Source: a virus
Length of the DNA: 64,000 bases
Strand: one strand, 5' to 3'
Virus record (IMG/VR): IMGVR_UViG_3300025000_000007
Span: 9,430-73,429 of that record
In this document: piece after piece, positions 1-8,667 of the stretch
How the letters are laid out: the number at the start of each line of letters is the position of its first letter
Numbering within the stretch: position 1 is the stretch's first letter
Notes under the pieces: generated by a model
The model's database searches: none
Seen by the model: the letters and a program-made list of their open reading frames with translations, nothing else
What the model was told of the DNA's origin: nothing
Translations under genes and position numbers: made by a program

Positions 1-402
1 ATATACTTGTTTCCAGATCTTGATCAGGTCATTCTTTTTAACCTGTGAAGCGTCGCTTAATGTAATTTGAGTATCGCCTTTTTTTGAGGATGTTGGCAGT
101 TTACCTTCTGTTATTTCCGAGCCTTCAAAATATAAACCATTATGAGATCCCGATCCTGTATTTAGATGGATGGTAACTGTTCCTTCTCCCTTTAGAGTCA
201 GGCTTTTATCTTTCTGGTAGACCCGGCTTGTAATGTAATAATCCCCTGATGGGATGATTATAGTATCCCCGTTAGATGCGCTATCTAATGCTTTTTGGAT
301 GTCTGTGCCTGTAGTTCCTGATACTGTTATTTCAGCAGCCGTACAGAGATTAATTGAATATAATAAAAGTAGTAAGATTAATACAACTTTTTTCACATGC
401 AT
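1..402 (-). CDS. Secreted right-handed beta-helix (pectin-lyase-like) protein; C-terminal part runs off the window start
   Basis: Not in the ORF track. Own translation: MHVKKVVLILLLLLYSINLCTAAEITVSGTTGTDIQKALDSASNGDTIIIPSGDY...NGLYFEG...NDLIKIWKQVY. Has a signal peptide and resembles the beta-helix domain of 39149..41368. Confidence 0.8.
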   Translation of the reverse strand, partial: MHVKKVVLILLLLLYSINLCTAAEITVSGTTGTDIQKALDSASNGDTIIIPSGDYYITSRVYQKDKSLTLKGEGTVTIHLNTGSGSHNGLYFEGSEITEGKLPTSSKKGDTQITLSDASQVKKNDLIKIWKQVY

Positions 403-457
403 GAACAGTATAATATCATCAAAAGATATAAATATTTTGCCGGCATATTTACAGGCA

Positions 458-628
458 ATGAAGCGTAAATATTGGATTACAAAAACAGGAAGGGTAATCT
501 TGCCGTTGCCCGCTCCTATCCGTGAAGAACTAGAAGATAAAGGAGTTGAGTTTAAGGATAATGGAACGGCTGATTATAGGATCTCTGGAAAGAAGGTAGT
601 AATTGAATTTGAACAAAAAGAGGATTAA
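458..628 (+). CDS. AbrB/SpoVT-like small DNA-binding protein
   Basis: MKRKYWITKTGRVILPLPAPIREEL...VVIEF. Start at ATG 458, about 25 nt after TATA (427-434), preferred over the track start 254. Confidence 0.55.
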   Translation: MKRKYWITKTGRVILPLPAPIREELEDKGVEFKDNGTADYRISGKKVVIEFEQKED

Positions 629-632
629 ACGA

Positions 633-821
633 ATGAACACTGAAGAAACTGAACTAAACAGAATTCAAAATAAAATGAGAACACTCTTTCAGGAAGTTGT
701 AAAAGATAATCCAACCGACAACCATTTCACGACAATCGCAAGGGCTTGCTCGATTGTCGGAATTTCAATAGACGAACAAAAGGAGATTGAGAAAGATGTT
801 ATCAGGGGAACGGAACGATGA
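633..821 (+). CDS. Hypothetical protein
   Basis: ORF in operon, GAGG RBS before the ATG of MNTEETE. Confidence 0.5.
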   Translation: MNTEETELNRIQNKMRTLFQEVVKDNPTDNHFTTIARACSIVGISIDEQKEIEKDVIRGTER

Positions 822-958
822 CTGGAGTATATGATCTTATAGAAGATATTAAAGATTTTCACATGAACCCATATACCAGATTCACACTGGAAGAAACCGA
901 ACGAAAAGAACGCAAAATGAAGGAAATGAAATAATATAACTCACGGAGGAATAAAACT

Positions 959-1171
959 ATGGCACTTTACAGAAAGAAAACACTGACCCCAATTGAGCCT
1001 TATATGCCAGGAATGGAAGATGGATTCATGGATGGAGAACCGTATATTGCAACGAATCTGGGAAACATGCGAATACTCCAGACTGATATGATCGCAACCG
1101 GAGTAACAGGCGAACGATGGCCGATTAGATACGAAATATTCTTAGAATCTTACGAGCTAGCAGAGGAATAA
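959..1171 (+). CDS. Small phage protein (PGDYG-like: IATNLGNMRILQTDMIATGVTGERWPI)
   Basis: GGAGG RBS; resembles the common phage motif T.EG......GD.I..G..GE.WP. Confidence 0.55.
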   Translation: MALYRKKTLTPIEPYMPGMEDGFMDGEPYIATNLGNMRILQTDMIATGVTGERWPIRYEIFLESYELAEE

Positions 1172-1257
1172 ACGGGAATCGAGAACGACTAGCCCTAAAA
1201 TGTGCCCGAACTGTAAGACAACATATTGGAATGAACAGAAGACGGAGAAGAACGACA

Positions 1258-1536
1258 ATGATTAAAGAACAATTCCAAAAACTGAAATCAAAAATCATCA
1301 CAATGAAAACACCTGCAAACGAAAAAATGTTAAAGAAGATGTTTATTGCTTCTGGTTTTGTCTACATCGGAATTACCACCTCTTTGATATTCATCCTAAA
1401 TGGAGTGAATATCCTGATTCGGTCTGGAGTGCCTGAAAAAACAATTATTCAAGGATTTGGTGTTTTGTTTGTATTATGTGGTTTCGTATGCGCTAAGAAT
1501 ATTATTCCGGCTACAAGGAAATTGATGTCTAATTGA
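1258..1536 (+). CDS. Small two-TM membrane protein
   Basis: Two hydrophobic stretches. Confidence 0.5.
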   Translation: MIKEQFQKLKSKIITMKTPANEKMLKKMFIASGFVYIGITTSLIFILNGVNILIRSGVPEKTIIQGFGVLFVLCGFVCAKNIIPATRKLMSN

Positions 1537-1557
1537 GGTTATCAGGAGGAAGAAAAC

Positions 1558-1842
1558 GTGACTGGTATATCACTAACAACGATAGCAATCATAATTTTAA
1601 TCCTTGCTCAAGGTTTGGAATCTCTTATGAGATTGATATTTTGGGCGAAAGGCAAATCCACAAAACATAATTTGTTTTCTGTTATTTCCCCTTTAATTAC
1701 TGTCTACATACTGTATGGATTGATTATCACTGCAAGCGAAGCTGCTGTTAAAACTTATGTTTACATTGAAGGTGGGATGTTTGTACTTTTGTGTGTCCTT
1801 TCTATTCTTGCTGCTGGGATTATAGCATCAGAAAATAAGTGA
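1558..1842 (+). CDS. Small three-TM membrane protein
   Basis: Three hydrophobic segments, AGGAGG RBS. Confidence 0.55.
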   Translation: MTGISLTTIAIIILILAQGLESLMRLIFWAKGKSTKHNLFSVISPLITVYILYGLIITASEAAVKTYVYIEGGMFVLLCVLSILAAGIIASENK

Positions 1843-2242
1843 GGTAGAAATACAATGTCTTACGATGAATCAGAAGCTCTAAGCGATTTTATAGAATATG
1901 GATGGCTCGATGTTGACAAAGAAAATATAGTTTCCTGTTGGGCAGATGGGAAGACCTACAAGGCAAAGATAACTTTTGAAGAAGTTGTTGAGGATTAAAA
2001 TATGGGACTTGAAATAGCAAAAGATAAACCACTTGGTACTGAATTTAAAACATCTGAACTGTATGACGATAATGAATTAATGATAAATGTACTTGGAGAA
2101 AAGTGCAGACTTGTTAAGATTACATTTTCATTCGTGGGAGACACAGATATGTTGATGGACGTTGGATTGTGTGCTAAAGGTTTCAACGAGGAAGATTACA
2201 TCTAAATCCTGGGATATACTGTTTTATCATTAGTTAAATGGA

Positions 2243-2740
2243 GTGTTTGTGATGGACGATAAATATATTAGAATGGTTCTTGCCCTACCGGATGAATTCT
2301 TCGATGGATGGGAATTAGAAGACGGTGATCAGATATACCTTTGTAGAGACATAGATGATTACTCATGTTCTGAACAACACGGACTGTATACAATATTTGA
2401 TAACCTGTTGGCTAACAATGGCATTACATATACTGAAAACTGGCATTATGCTACATGGATGATGTTAGATGGATTAATACGTCCGATCCCTTCACAGAAA
2501 CAACTTCAAACTACAATTAAACAACACTGGATAAAAGCAGATGATACAGTAAAAGATTATGACGTTTTGGTCTTTTTTCAAGATTGGTTTCGGGCGCGTT
2601 ATGTGTCTAATTGCACATACTGTATCCGATATAAAGAAATTGAAAATGAATCAATTGATTGTATCTGGCTGAGATACACAATGCATGTTATTTGTAACAA
2701 AACATGGAACGGCGAAAGGTGGGTACTAAACGAGGATTGA
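2243..2740 (+). CDS. Hypothetical protein, paralog of 61272..61730
   Basis: Shared MVLALPD.FF.GW....GD and RPIPSQKQLQ motifs. Confidence 0.65.
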   Translation: MFVMDDKYIRMVLALPDEFFDGWELEDGDQIYLCRDIDDYSCSEQHGLYTIFDNLLANNGITYTENWHYATWMMLDGLIRPIPSQKQLQTTIKQHWIKADDTVKDYDVLVFFQDWFRARYVSNCTYCIRYKEIENESIDCIWLRYTMHVICNKTWNGERWVLNED

Positions 2741-2742
2741 AC

Positions 2743-3069
2743 ATGAGAGAAATAAAATTCAGAATGCAAGACGCATTGGGAAATTGGGTATATGTTACCA
2801 TTTGGAATGTATACCCCATAAAAATGGAGTATTATAATAATTTATGCCAGTACACAGGACTTCGCGATAAAAATGGAACTGAAATCTATGAAGGAGATAT
2901 TGTAATAAAACATGGCACTGATTACGATCCTAATACGTGGGGCGGAGAAAATAGAGTCGTTGTATATGTTGATGGGACTTGGTATCCCGTAGCCAAATGC
3001 TATTTTGATGTGAGTCTAATTGAGGTTATCGGGAATGTCTATGAAAATCCTGAATTATTGGAGGATTAA
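2743..3069 (+). CDS. YopX-family phage protein
   Basis: MREIKFR...QYTGLRDKNGTEIYEGDIV...EVIGNVYENPELLE signature. Confidence 0.9.
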   Translation: MREIKFRMQDALGNWVYVTIWNVYPIKMEYYNNLCQYTGLRDKNGTEIYEGDIVIKHGTDYDPNTWGGENRVVVYVDGTWYPVAKCYFDVSLIEVIGNVYENPELLED

Positions 3070-3506
3070 AAACATGAGACTACGAACAAACGCAAAACTA
3101 CAGAATTTTATGGAACATCAATCCAAAAAAATAGAGCAGACCATTCAGGACATGAATGAATTTCGATTGAATACGATGAGGATGGAAATTAGAGAGCATT
3201 CTGGCAGACAAAATGCATGAGGGGAACATGAACCCGAATATTCAGATGCTTTCCTGGCAGGCTCAATATAGAGCCGCTTGGATGGCCTGGTTTCAATTAT
3301 GTGAGGATGAAATGTGAGTCAAAGACGTACGCGAGAGATGCCATTATATCGAGAATGGCTTGAAAAAATAAGAGAGGTGCTTAAGAAATATGGAACTAAT
3401 AGATGAATAATCCCGCCATCTACGGGCTGCAAGATGACGGGATCAACACACCAACGTGATATAAAAGTGAATATAATATAAATAAGTTCGTTTAATGAGG
3501 TAAACA

Positions 3507-3728
3507 ATGTTTGCAGAGATATTTTCACAAATCCAAACAACTTCTTATAATCCCTTTTGTAACGAGTGTAGGTTCTTGAGCATAACTGAAAAAGAGCAGG
3601 ACAAATTAAAAGAAAAGCCGGATCATATATGTGAGAAGTACGATGTTAAATTAGTTCATTTACAGTTTCATCCTAAAATATTGAAATGTCATGAATGTTT
3701 GGATCATACTACGGATATTCACTTTTAA
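3507..3728 (+). CDS. Cys-rich small protein
   Basis: CNEC...C...CHEC, GAGGT RBS. Confidence 0.5.
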   Translation: MFAEIFSQIQTTSYNPFCNECRFLSITEKEQDKLKEKPDHICEKYDVKLVHLQFHPKILKCHECLDHTTDIHF

Positions 3729-3929
3729 TTTACTTTCTTTTTTTTAAAAACGTGATCGGCTAATTTTTGCTATGTGTTTTGTATTGTTTCTTGTTTGTTT
3801 AGGGTAGACTATTGGTATTGAAAAGTGTATTCTCTGAATTCCCATACTATTTTTATGTTATGAGTTATATACATCAGCACTGTATAGTACAGTATAACTT
3901 TATATATTATAAGACACTTAGTACTTAAT

Positions 3930-4076
3930 ATGGTAAGAAACGGAGATGAAACTTCTATACCTCTCAAGAAGTCCACGAGAGAACGACTTGGGACTTTTGG
4001 GAATAAGAATGAATCATGGGACAGACTGTTGAACAGGTTAATGGATTGGATAGAAAATGATAAGGAGTTGAAATAA
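3930..4076 (+). CDS. Ribbon-helix-helix/CopG-like regulator (48 aa, leaderless)
   Basis: Own translation MVRNGDETSIPLKKSTRERLGTFGNKNESWDRLLNRLMD; TATA at about 3900 and an upstream inverted repeat ACTGTA-tag-TACAGT. Confidence 0.65.
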   Translation: MVRNGDETSIPLKKSTRERLGTFGNKNESWDRLLNRLMDWIENDKELK

Positions 4077-4246
4077 AATGGTATCCCCCTCCCCGTATTG
4101 TAAACATGGTAGAATAAAAACCAAAGTATGTTTAAAAGGAAAAAAGAGATGCGATGCACAGAGATGTATTTATTATGAATTGAATGCGAAGGCAAAGAGG
4201 GAAAGCGAATCACGATTAAGATTATCGTAAAATGGGAGTGAAAACA

Positions 4247-4507
4247 ATGTATGAAAAGAAACTCAGGGTAACATGCGCAGACGCTCACGGTATTAATACA
4301 GATATCATATCAAAAGCAATTTCAATTGAAAACTTCCTGCTTGCATCTGGTGAAATTCCTCAGGGATATACAAGAATGGATCTTCTCTGGCTTGCCGTTG
4401 ATATGAGAAAAATTGAGATTCTTGCGGATATTGAAGAAGATCTAAGCGTAATTCGAGAATCTCTTAGAACTGTAGAGTTTGGAGATATTGAATATAATGA
4501 TCCATAA
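4247..4507 (+). CDS. Hypothetical protein
   Basis: ORF with GGAGTG RBS. Confidence 0.5.
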   Translation: MYEKKLRVTCADAHGINTDIISKAISIENFLLASGEIPQGYTRMDLLWLAVDMRKIEILADIEEDLSVIRESLRTVEFGDIEYNDP

Positions 4508-4522
4508 GAGAGATGAATTAAA

Positions 4523-4801
4523 ATGAACAACAAATACAGAAACATAACACTTAACCAACTAGATTTAATGAAACATGCTGTTGGTCTTGACCAAGTAGGC
4601 GCAAAACCTAAGCGCGGAACATACACAGCATATAGAAATTACTTTTGCACTTATGGGAAGGATGAAGATTGGGAATCCCTGGTGGGGTTAGGAGTCGCCA
4701 TATCTCATATCGGAGATCCGTCTGTATATTACCATGTATCAAAAGATGGGTTGCAGATGATGGAAGGCGTGTTAGGGTTTAAGATTGTGGAAGGGAATTA
4801 A
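4523..4801 (+). CDS. Conserved phage hypothetical protein
   Basis: MKHAVG...YRNYFCT...W..LV..G.A...YYHVS..G pattern, recalled from phage proteins. Confidence 0.55.
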   Translation: MNNKYRNITLNQLDLMKHAVGLDQVGAKPKRGTYTAYRNYFCTYGKDEDWESLVGLGVAISHIGDPSVYYHVSKDGLQMMEGVLGFKIVEGN

Positions 4802-4822
4802 AAAATAAAAGAGTGATGAACT

Positions 4823-5554
4823 ATGAAAGTAATATATGAACCAAAAGGAAAAGCTAAAGAATACGCTGACCTAGCTGTAAATCTGTATAACGGTTGTTCT
4901 CATGGCTGTGAATACTGCTATGCTCCTGCTGTCATGCACAAGACTAAAGAAGATTTTTTTAAGATACCATCACCAAGAAAGAACATTATCGAACTGTTAA
5001 AAAAAGACATAACTGAAATGGTTGTGAATTGCGACGAAAGAGAAGTGCTTATGTGTTTCTCTTGTGATCCGTATCAACCAATCGACACTGAATACAAACT
5101 AACACGGGAAGCGGTCAGGCTATTTTCAGAGCATGATATCAATTTTGCCATACTCACAAAGGGCGGTAAACGCTCAGAAAGAGATTTTGATATCATGGAA
5201 TGGAGTTCTGACCTTTGCAGATATGGAGCTACCCTGGTATTCTGCAATGACGATCACTCAAAAAAATATGAACCATTCGCGGCTCCAACTTCGGAAAGGA
5301 TAGAGAGCTTAAGGAAAGCTCATGAGATGGGTATCAGGACATGGGTGAGCTTAGAACCTGCTTGGAGTTATGCAGATGTATCAGACTTGATTCAGAGGAC
5401 TTCCGGATATGTGGATGAGTATAAGATAGGAAAGCTGAATTATCATGCTCATGCAAAAGAAATTGATTGGAAAGTGTTTAAGGAAGAGGTCGTTTATTTG
5501 TGTGATGGATTGGGAGTTAATTATACTTTGAAAAATGATTTAGCAATTCTTTAA
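4823..5554 (+). CDS. Radical SAM protein (SPL/DNA-repair photolyase-like family)
   Basis: NLYNGCSHGCEYCYA (CxxxCxxC), DPYQP, ILTK, WVSLEP motifs. Confidence 0.85.
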   Translation: MKVIYEPKGKAKEYADLAVNLYNGCSHGCEYCYAPAVMHKTKEDFFKIPSPRKNIIELLKKDITEMVVNCDEREVLMCFSCDPYQPIDTEYKLTREAVRLFSEHDINFAILTKGGKRSERDFDIMEWSSDLCRYGATLVFCNDDHSKKYEPFAAPTSERIESLRKAHEMGIRTWVSLEPAWSYADVSDLIQRTSGYVDEYKIGKLNYHAHAKEIDWKVFKEEVVYLCDGLGVNYTLKNDLAIL

Positions 5555-5639
5555 TTTACTTTTCTCCCTCTTTTGTCTTCACAACCTGAACTATTCTCTT
5601 TTAATTCACTCTTTTTTAGTTGAATCTTGGATGAAAGTT

Positions 5640-6035
5640 GGATGTTTGTTTACTTTACTTCGGAAGCGTTAACAATTCTCTAACTTAAATACAACAATAT
5701 AATATTATATTATTGGTATATTAATGTATATTTTATTGTTCAATTTAATAAAACTCATTAGATTAATATTGGTTTGGTATAGCAATGTTTGTATTAAACA
5801 ATTGTTTATTTTACGATATTAATATTATGTTTAATAATTAAAGTAATATTATTTATTTACTGTAGATATCGTTAATAAATTACGATATTTTTATTAAAGT
5901 CGTTGGATTATTAGTTATCGAGTAAATTAATATGTCTTTTTTTACTTGTTATAATTTGCACATATTTGCACCAGAAACTATTTATCCTAATATTGCCATT
6001 AATATTAGTAGTAATATTGTTAATAATTGGTGATT
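5640..6035. other. Very AT-rich intergenic region with repeated TAATATT/ACGATATT boxes
   Basis: Seen directly; lies upstream of the AbrB-resolvase operon. Confidence 0.5.
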
Positions 6036-6037
6036 TT

Positions 6038-6199
6038 ATGGCAGCAAATCAGGTAACTATCCAACGTACTAACACAGGACAATTAACCATTACAATCCCT
6101 ATAGCCATTGCTGGCTCGAAGGGGTGGGGAAAAGGCACGAAATTAGAATTTGTAGATGATAGATATGGAGAAACTGTCCTGAAGGAAGTGAAAGAATGA
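6038..6199 (+). CDS. AbrB/MazE-like DNA-binding protein
   Basis: GQLTITIPIAIAGSKGWGKGTKLEF; GGTGA RBS. Confidence 0.75.
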   Translation: MAANQVTIQRTNTGQLTITIPIAIAGSKGWGKGTKLEFVDDRYGETVLKEVKE

Positions 6200-6729
6200 C
6201 CGTCAGAGTATATAGGAGGGTGTCAACAAATCTTCAGGATTTTGAAGAACAGAACCGAGGAATTGAAAGATACCTACAAAATAACGGGATAAGCTCATAT
6301 GTAAATTATGAAGAACCTGGGATAACCGGGACCATAGCTGAACGTCCTGTATATCAAAAATTGCTTTCTGAGGTAGTCAGTGGAGATATTGTATTAGTTT
6401 ATGAATACTCAAGGATGTGGAGGGATCTTGAAGAACAGGCTAAAATTATAAAGCGTTTTATGTCGATTGGGGTAATTTTAATATCTGCGGTAGAGGGTCC
6501 GGTAAAAACCATAGACGATGTTTTGAAGTTGAATATACTAGGGTCCGTTAATCAACACGAGGCTGAAAGATTCCGCAGGCGTTCTATGGAGGGTATTAAA
6601 GCACTACAGGAGAAAGTCTCGAAGGGTGAAGCTATTTGGAACGGTAGGGGGAAGGATAAGACCCCGAGGAAAACGGATGGATATTTTAGAAGATGGGCTA
6701 ACAATCGTATAGGGGTCGCACATGAATAA
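6196..6729 (+). CDS. Small serine recombinase (resolvase/invertase family)
   Basis: VYRRVST catalytic Ser, ERP....LL....GD..LVYEYSR..R, E.ER...R..EG. Confidence 0.88.
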   Translation: MTVRVYRRVSTNLQDFEEQNRGIERYLQNNGISSYVNYEEPGITGTIAERPVYQKLLSEVVSGDIVLVYEYSRMWRDLEEQAKIIKRFMSIGVILISAVEGPVKTIDDVLKLNILGSVNQHEAERFRRRSMEGIKALQEKVSKGEAIWNGRGKDKTPRKTDGYFRRWANNRIGVAHE

Positions 6730-7111
6730 CATCCTCGTAAAATGTTTCAACTGCTCAAACCGCTCACCCTGCTGGCACATCAAAGATGATCTTCCCCCCG
6801 GCAGAGATCCAAAACAATTCAAACTTAAAAAACTCAGCCTGCTTAAATTCTTTGTAAAACGTGTGTTAGATGGTTCTTATGGTACTATATTCTCATATGA
6901 GTATATTTGTATCCGATCCATAATTGACATGCTGAATCCGGATCTAAGTAAGGAATTGAGCCATATATATACAAATCAATGCATAGGTATGATTGAATCT
7001 ATGGTAAATGCTCAAAATAATGGATGGAGCTGTCCAGGTGATGACCCCGAAGCAGGAGAGGATTTTAAGCTTAATCTAAGCCCCGCTACACCAAAAATAA
7101 AAACTGGTTAA
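6722..7111 (+). CDS. Hypothetical Cys-containing protein
   Basis: Overlaps the resolvase stop; CFNC...C. Confidence 0.45.
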   Translation: MNNILVKCFNCSNRSPCWHIKDDLPPGRDPKQFKLKKLSLLKFFVKRVLDGSYGTIFSYEYICIRSIIDMLNPDLSKELSHIYTNQCIGMIESMVNAQNNGWSCPGDDPEAGEDFKLNLSPATPKIKTG

Positions 7112-7175
7112 TGTGTTTGTACCTCTGAAAGATCAACCGTACAAACCGCATTAAAAGCCACGGTTCTTTTTTTCA

Positions 7176-7242
7176 CATGACACCACCCGCATAACCGAGG
7201 AGGATAATCTGAATCCTCCTGGTAGCGTGGGCAAGTGCCACA
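7176..7242 (-). terminator. Long imperfect stem-loop just 3' of the tail-fibre operon
   Basis: Core AGGAGGAT/ATCCTCCT (7198-7205/7213-7220), extended by pairs that need G-U on the minus strand; sits between convergent genes. Confidence 0.5.
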
Positions 7243-7250
7243 AATCAGAC

Positions 7251-8204
7251 TCATGGGGTATTAACGACTATCATTATTTTATCAGTGTCTGCAATTCCTG
7301 TGGCATCCTCGATATAAGTTATTACTCCGGTTGCCACCGTTATATCAATCCCTACCGCATCATCTCCTGTGTTAAAAGATCTTCTCTTTCTGGGTGTCAG
7401 ACAGTTATATATTTCTGATCCTGTAGTAAGATCAAAAATACTTAGAATCTGTTCTACTGTTACCGTATCATACGGACTTGATAAAGTGATTGTCTTTTCC
7501 GATGCGTCCAGAGAATAATACGCTGCTGGGATTACTTTTTCCGCGCCTACAGATGTCCCTATTGAGATTGCCCCAATCAATCCGTTAGTTGCATCGAATT
7601 CTCCTGCTACCGTGTCGGTAACTGCCTGTATCGCGGTTATTCCATCCTGAGCTGTCCCTAATGCAATCGCAGTTGCTCCAAGATCAGCGGTTGCCTGGAT
7701 GGATTCTAATGTTTCAGTTGTCCAGGTTGCACCTTTGATTTCCGTGAATGCCGAATCCATTTCGGTTTTTGTGGGTGCATCGTAGTCAGTTAGTGCGGTA
7801 TCACATTCCGCATTTATTGCTGCAAGTGTCAGGAGATCGGTGATTGCCTTCACGTCCGTGAGATCATTTACAACAGCGGCGCCGTCTGTACCTTCCCATA
7901 CTGCGGTTGCTATCAGTGATGGAGGAGGGACAACGTCTATTAGGAGATCGGCGGTCCCTTCTGTGGCGGTGACTGAAATAGAAATAGTATTATATGGATT
8001 TACTGCAAGTGTATCGGGGACTGTCAAGAGAAAGTCCCGCATATCAGAATCATAAGCTGATATCGTTGGAGTTGAGAGCGTTGTTTTCTCCCCCCCGTTG
8101 ACTCGATATTTCACGACGGGATCTGTGAGGGTTGTTACCTCTGCCCCGAGATTGTCATATGCTCTGAATGTGTGTATTTTAGATGTGCCTACAATTTGAT
8201 CCAT
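7251..8204 (-). CDS. Virion structural or tail-fibre-associated protein
   Basis: Thr/Ala-rich, AECDTALTDYDAPT motif; C-terminal domain similar to the N-terminus of 8668..11694. Confidence 0.6.
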   Translation of the reverse strand: MDQIVGTSKIHTFRAYDNLGAEVTTLTDPVVKYRVNGGEKTTLSTPTISAYDSDMRDFLLTVPDTLAVNPYNTISISVTATEGTADLLIDVVPPPSLIATAVWEGTDGAAVVNDLTDVKAITDLLTLAAINAECDTALTDYDAPTKTEMDSAFTEIKGATWTTETLESIQATADLGATAIALGTAQDGITAIQAVTDTVAGEFDATNGLIGAISIGTSVGAEKVIPAAYYSLDASEKTITLSSPYDTVTVEQILSIFDLTTGSEIYNCLTPRKRRSFNTGDDAVGIDITVATGVITYIEDATGIADTDKIMIVVNTP

Positions 8205-8276
8205 TTTAGTGCCCCGTTATTATTTTGCAAGAATGATATTTTAAATTTCATTTAGTCGCTCCTTGTTTTTATAAGA

Positions 8277-8666
8277 TCATTTCTCAAGAATTACAGTTTT
8301 TTCAAGTGCGATCTTGATATCACTTACTTTTGCTTCAAGTCCACCTGCTGAATAATCCTCAATAACAGGAATCCAGCCAGCTTTAACATCTCCTGCCCCT
8401 GCTCTTGCTTCGGCTTTTGGTAATGCCTGAGTATACGCCTGAGAAACCAGGAGTTCAATGTTTTCAACAGATGGCTCCATTTCGGCAGGGATTTCAATGT
8501 ATTCGATAAATTCAGGCAGTTGATAAGCTCCTGCTACTGTAGAATCTTTTGGAATTCCTGTTTCATCTGTGAGGGGATTTGTGGAGTCCTCAAACGGGAC
8601 TCTTAGCCTGCGTTCTCCGTCTATGACAGTGGGTTTTCCTTTCAAAATTAAATTTGGGGTTGCCAT
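8277..8666 (-). CDS. Hypothetical protein (possible tail-fibre chaperone)
   Basis: Position directly after the tail-fibre gene. Confidence 0.5.
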   Translation of the reverse strand: MATPNLILKGKPTVIDGERRLRVPFEDSTNPLTDETGIPKDSTVAGAYQLPEFIEYIEIPAEMEPSVENIELLVSQAYTQALPKAEARAGAGDVKAGWIPVIEDYSAGGLEAKVSDIKIALEKTVILEK

Positions 8667-8667
8667 T

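Noticed and set aside
254-457. N-terminal part of track ORF 254..628
   Set aside because: Antisense to the real minus-strand beta-helix gene; ATG 458 fits the promoter better
6196-6729. IS607-type transposase or large serine integrase
   Set aside because: No N-terminal MerR HTH, no tnpB, and too short for an integrase
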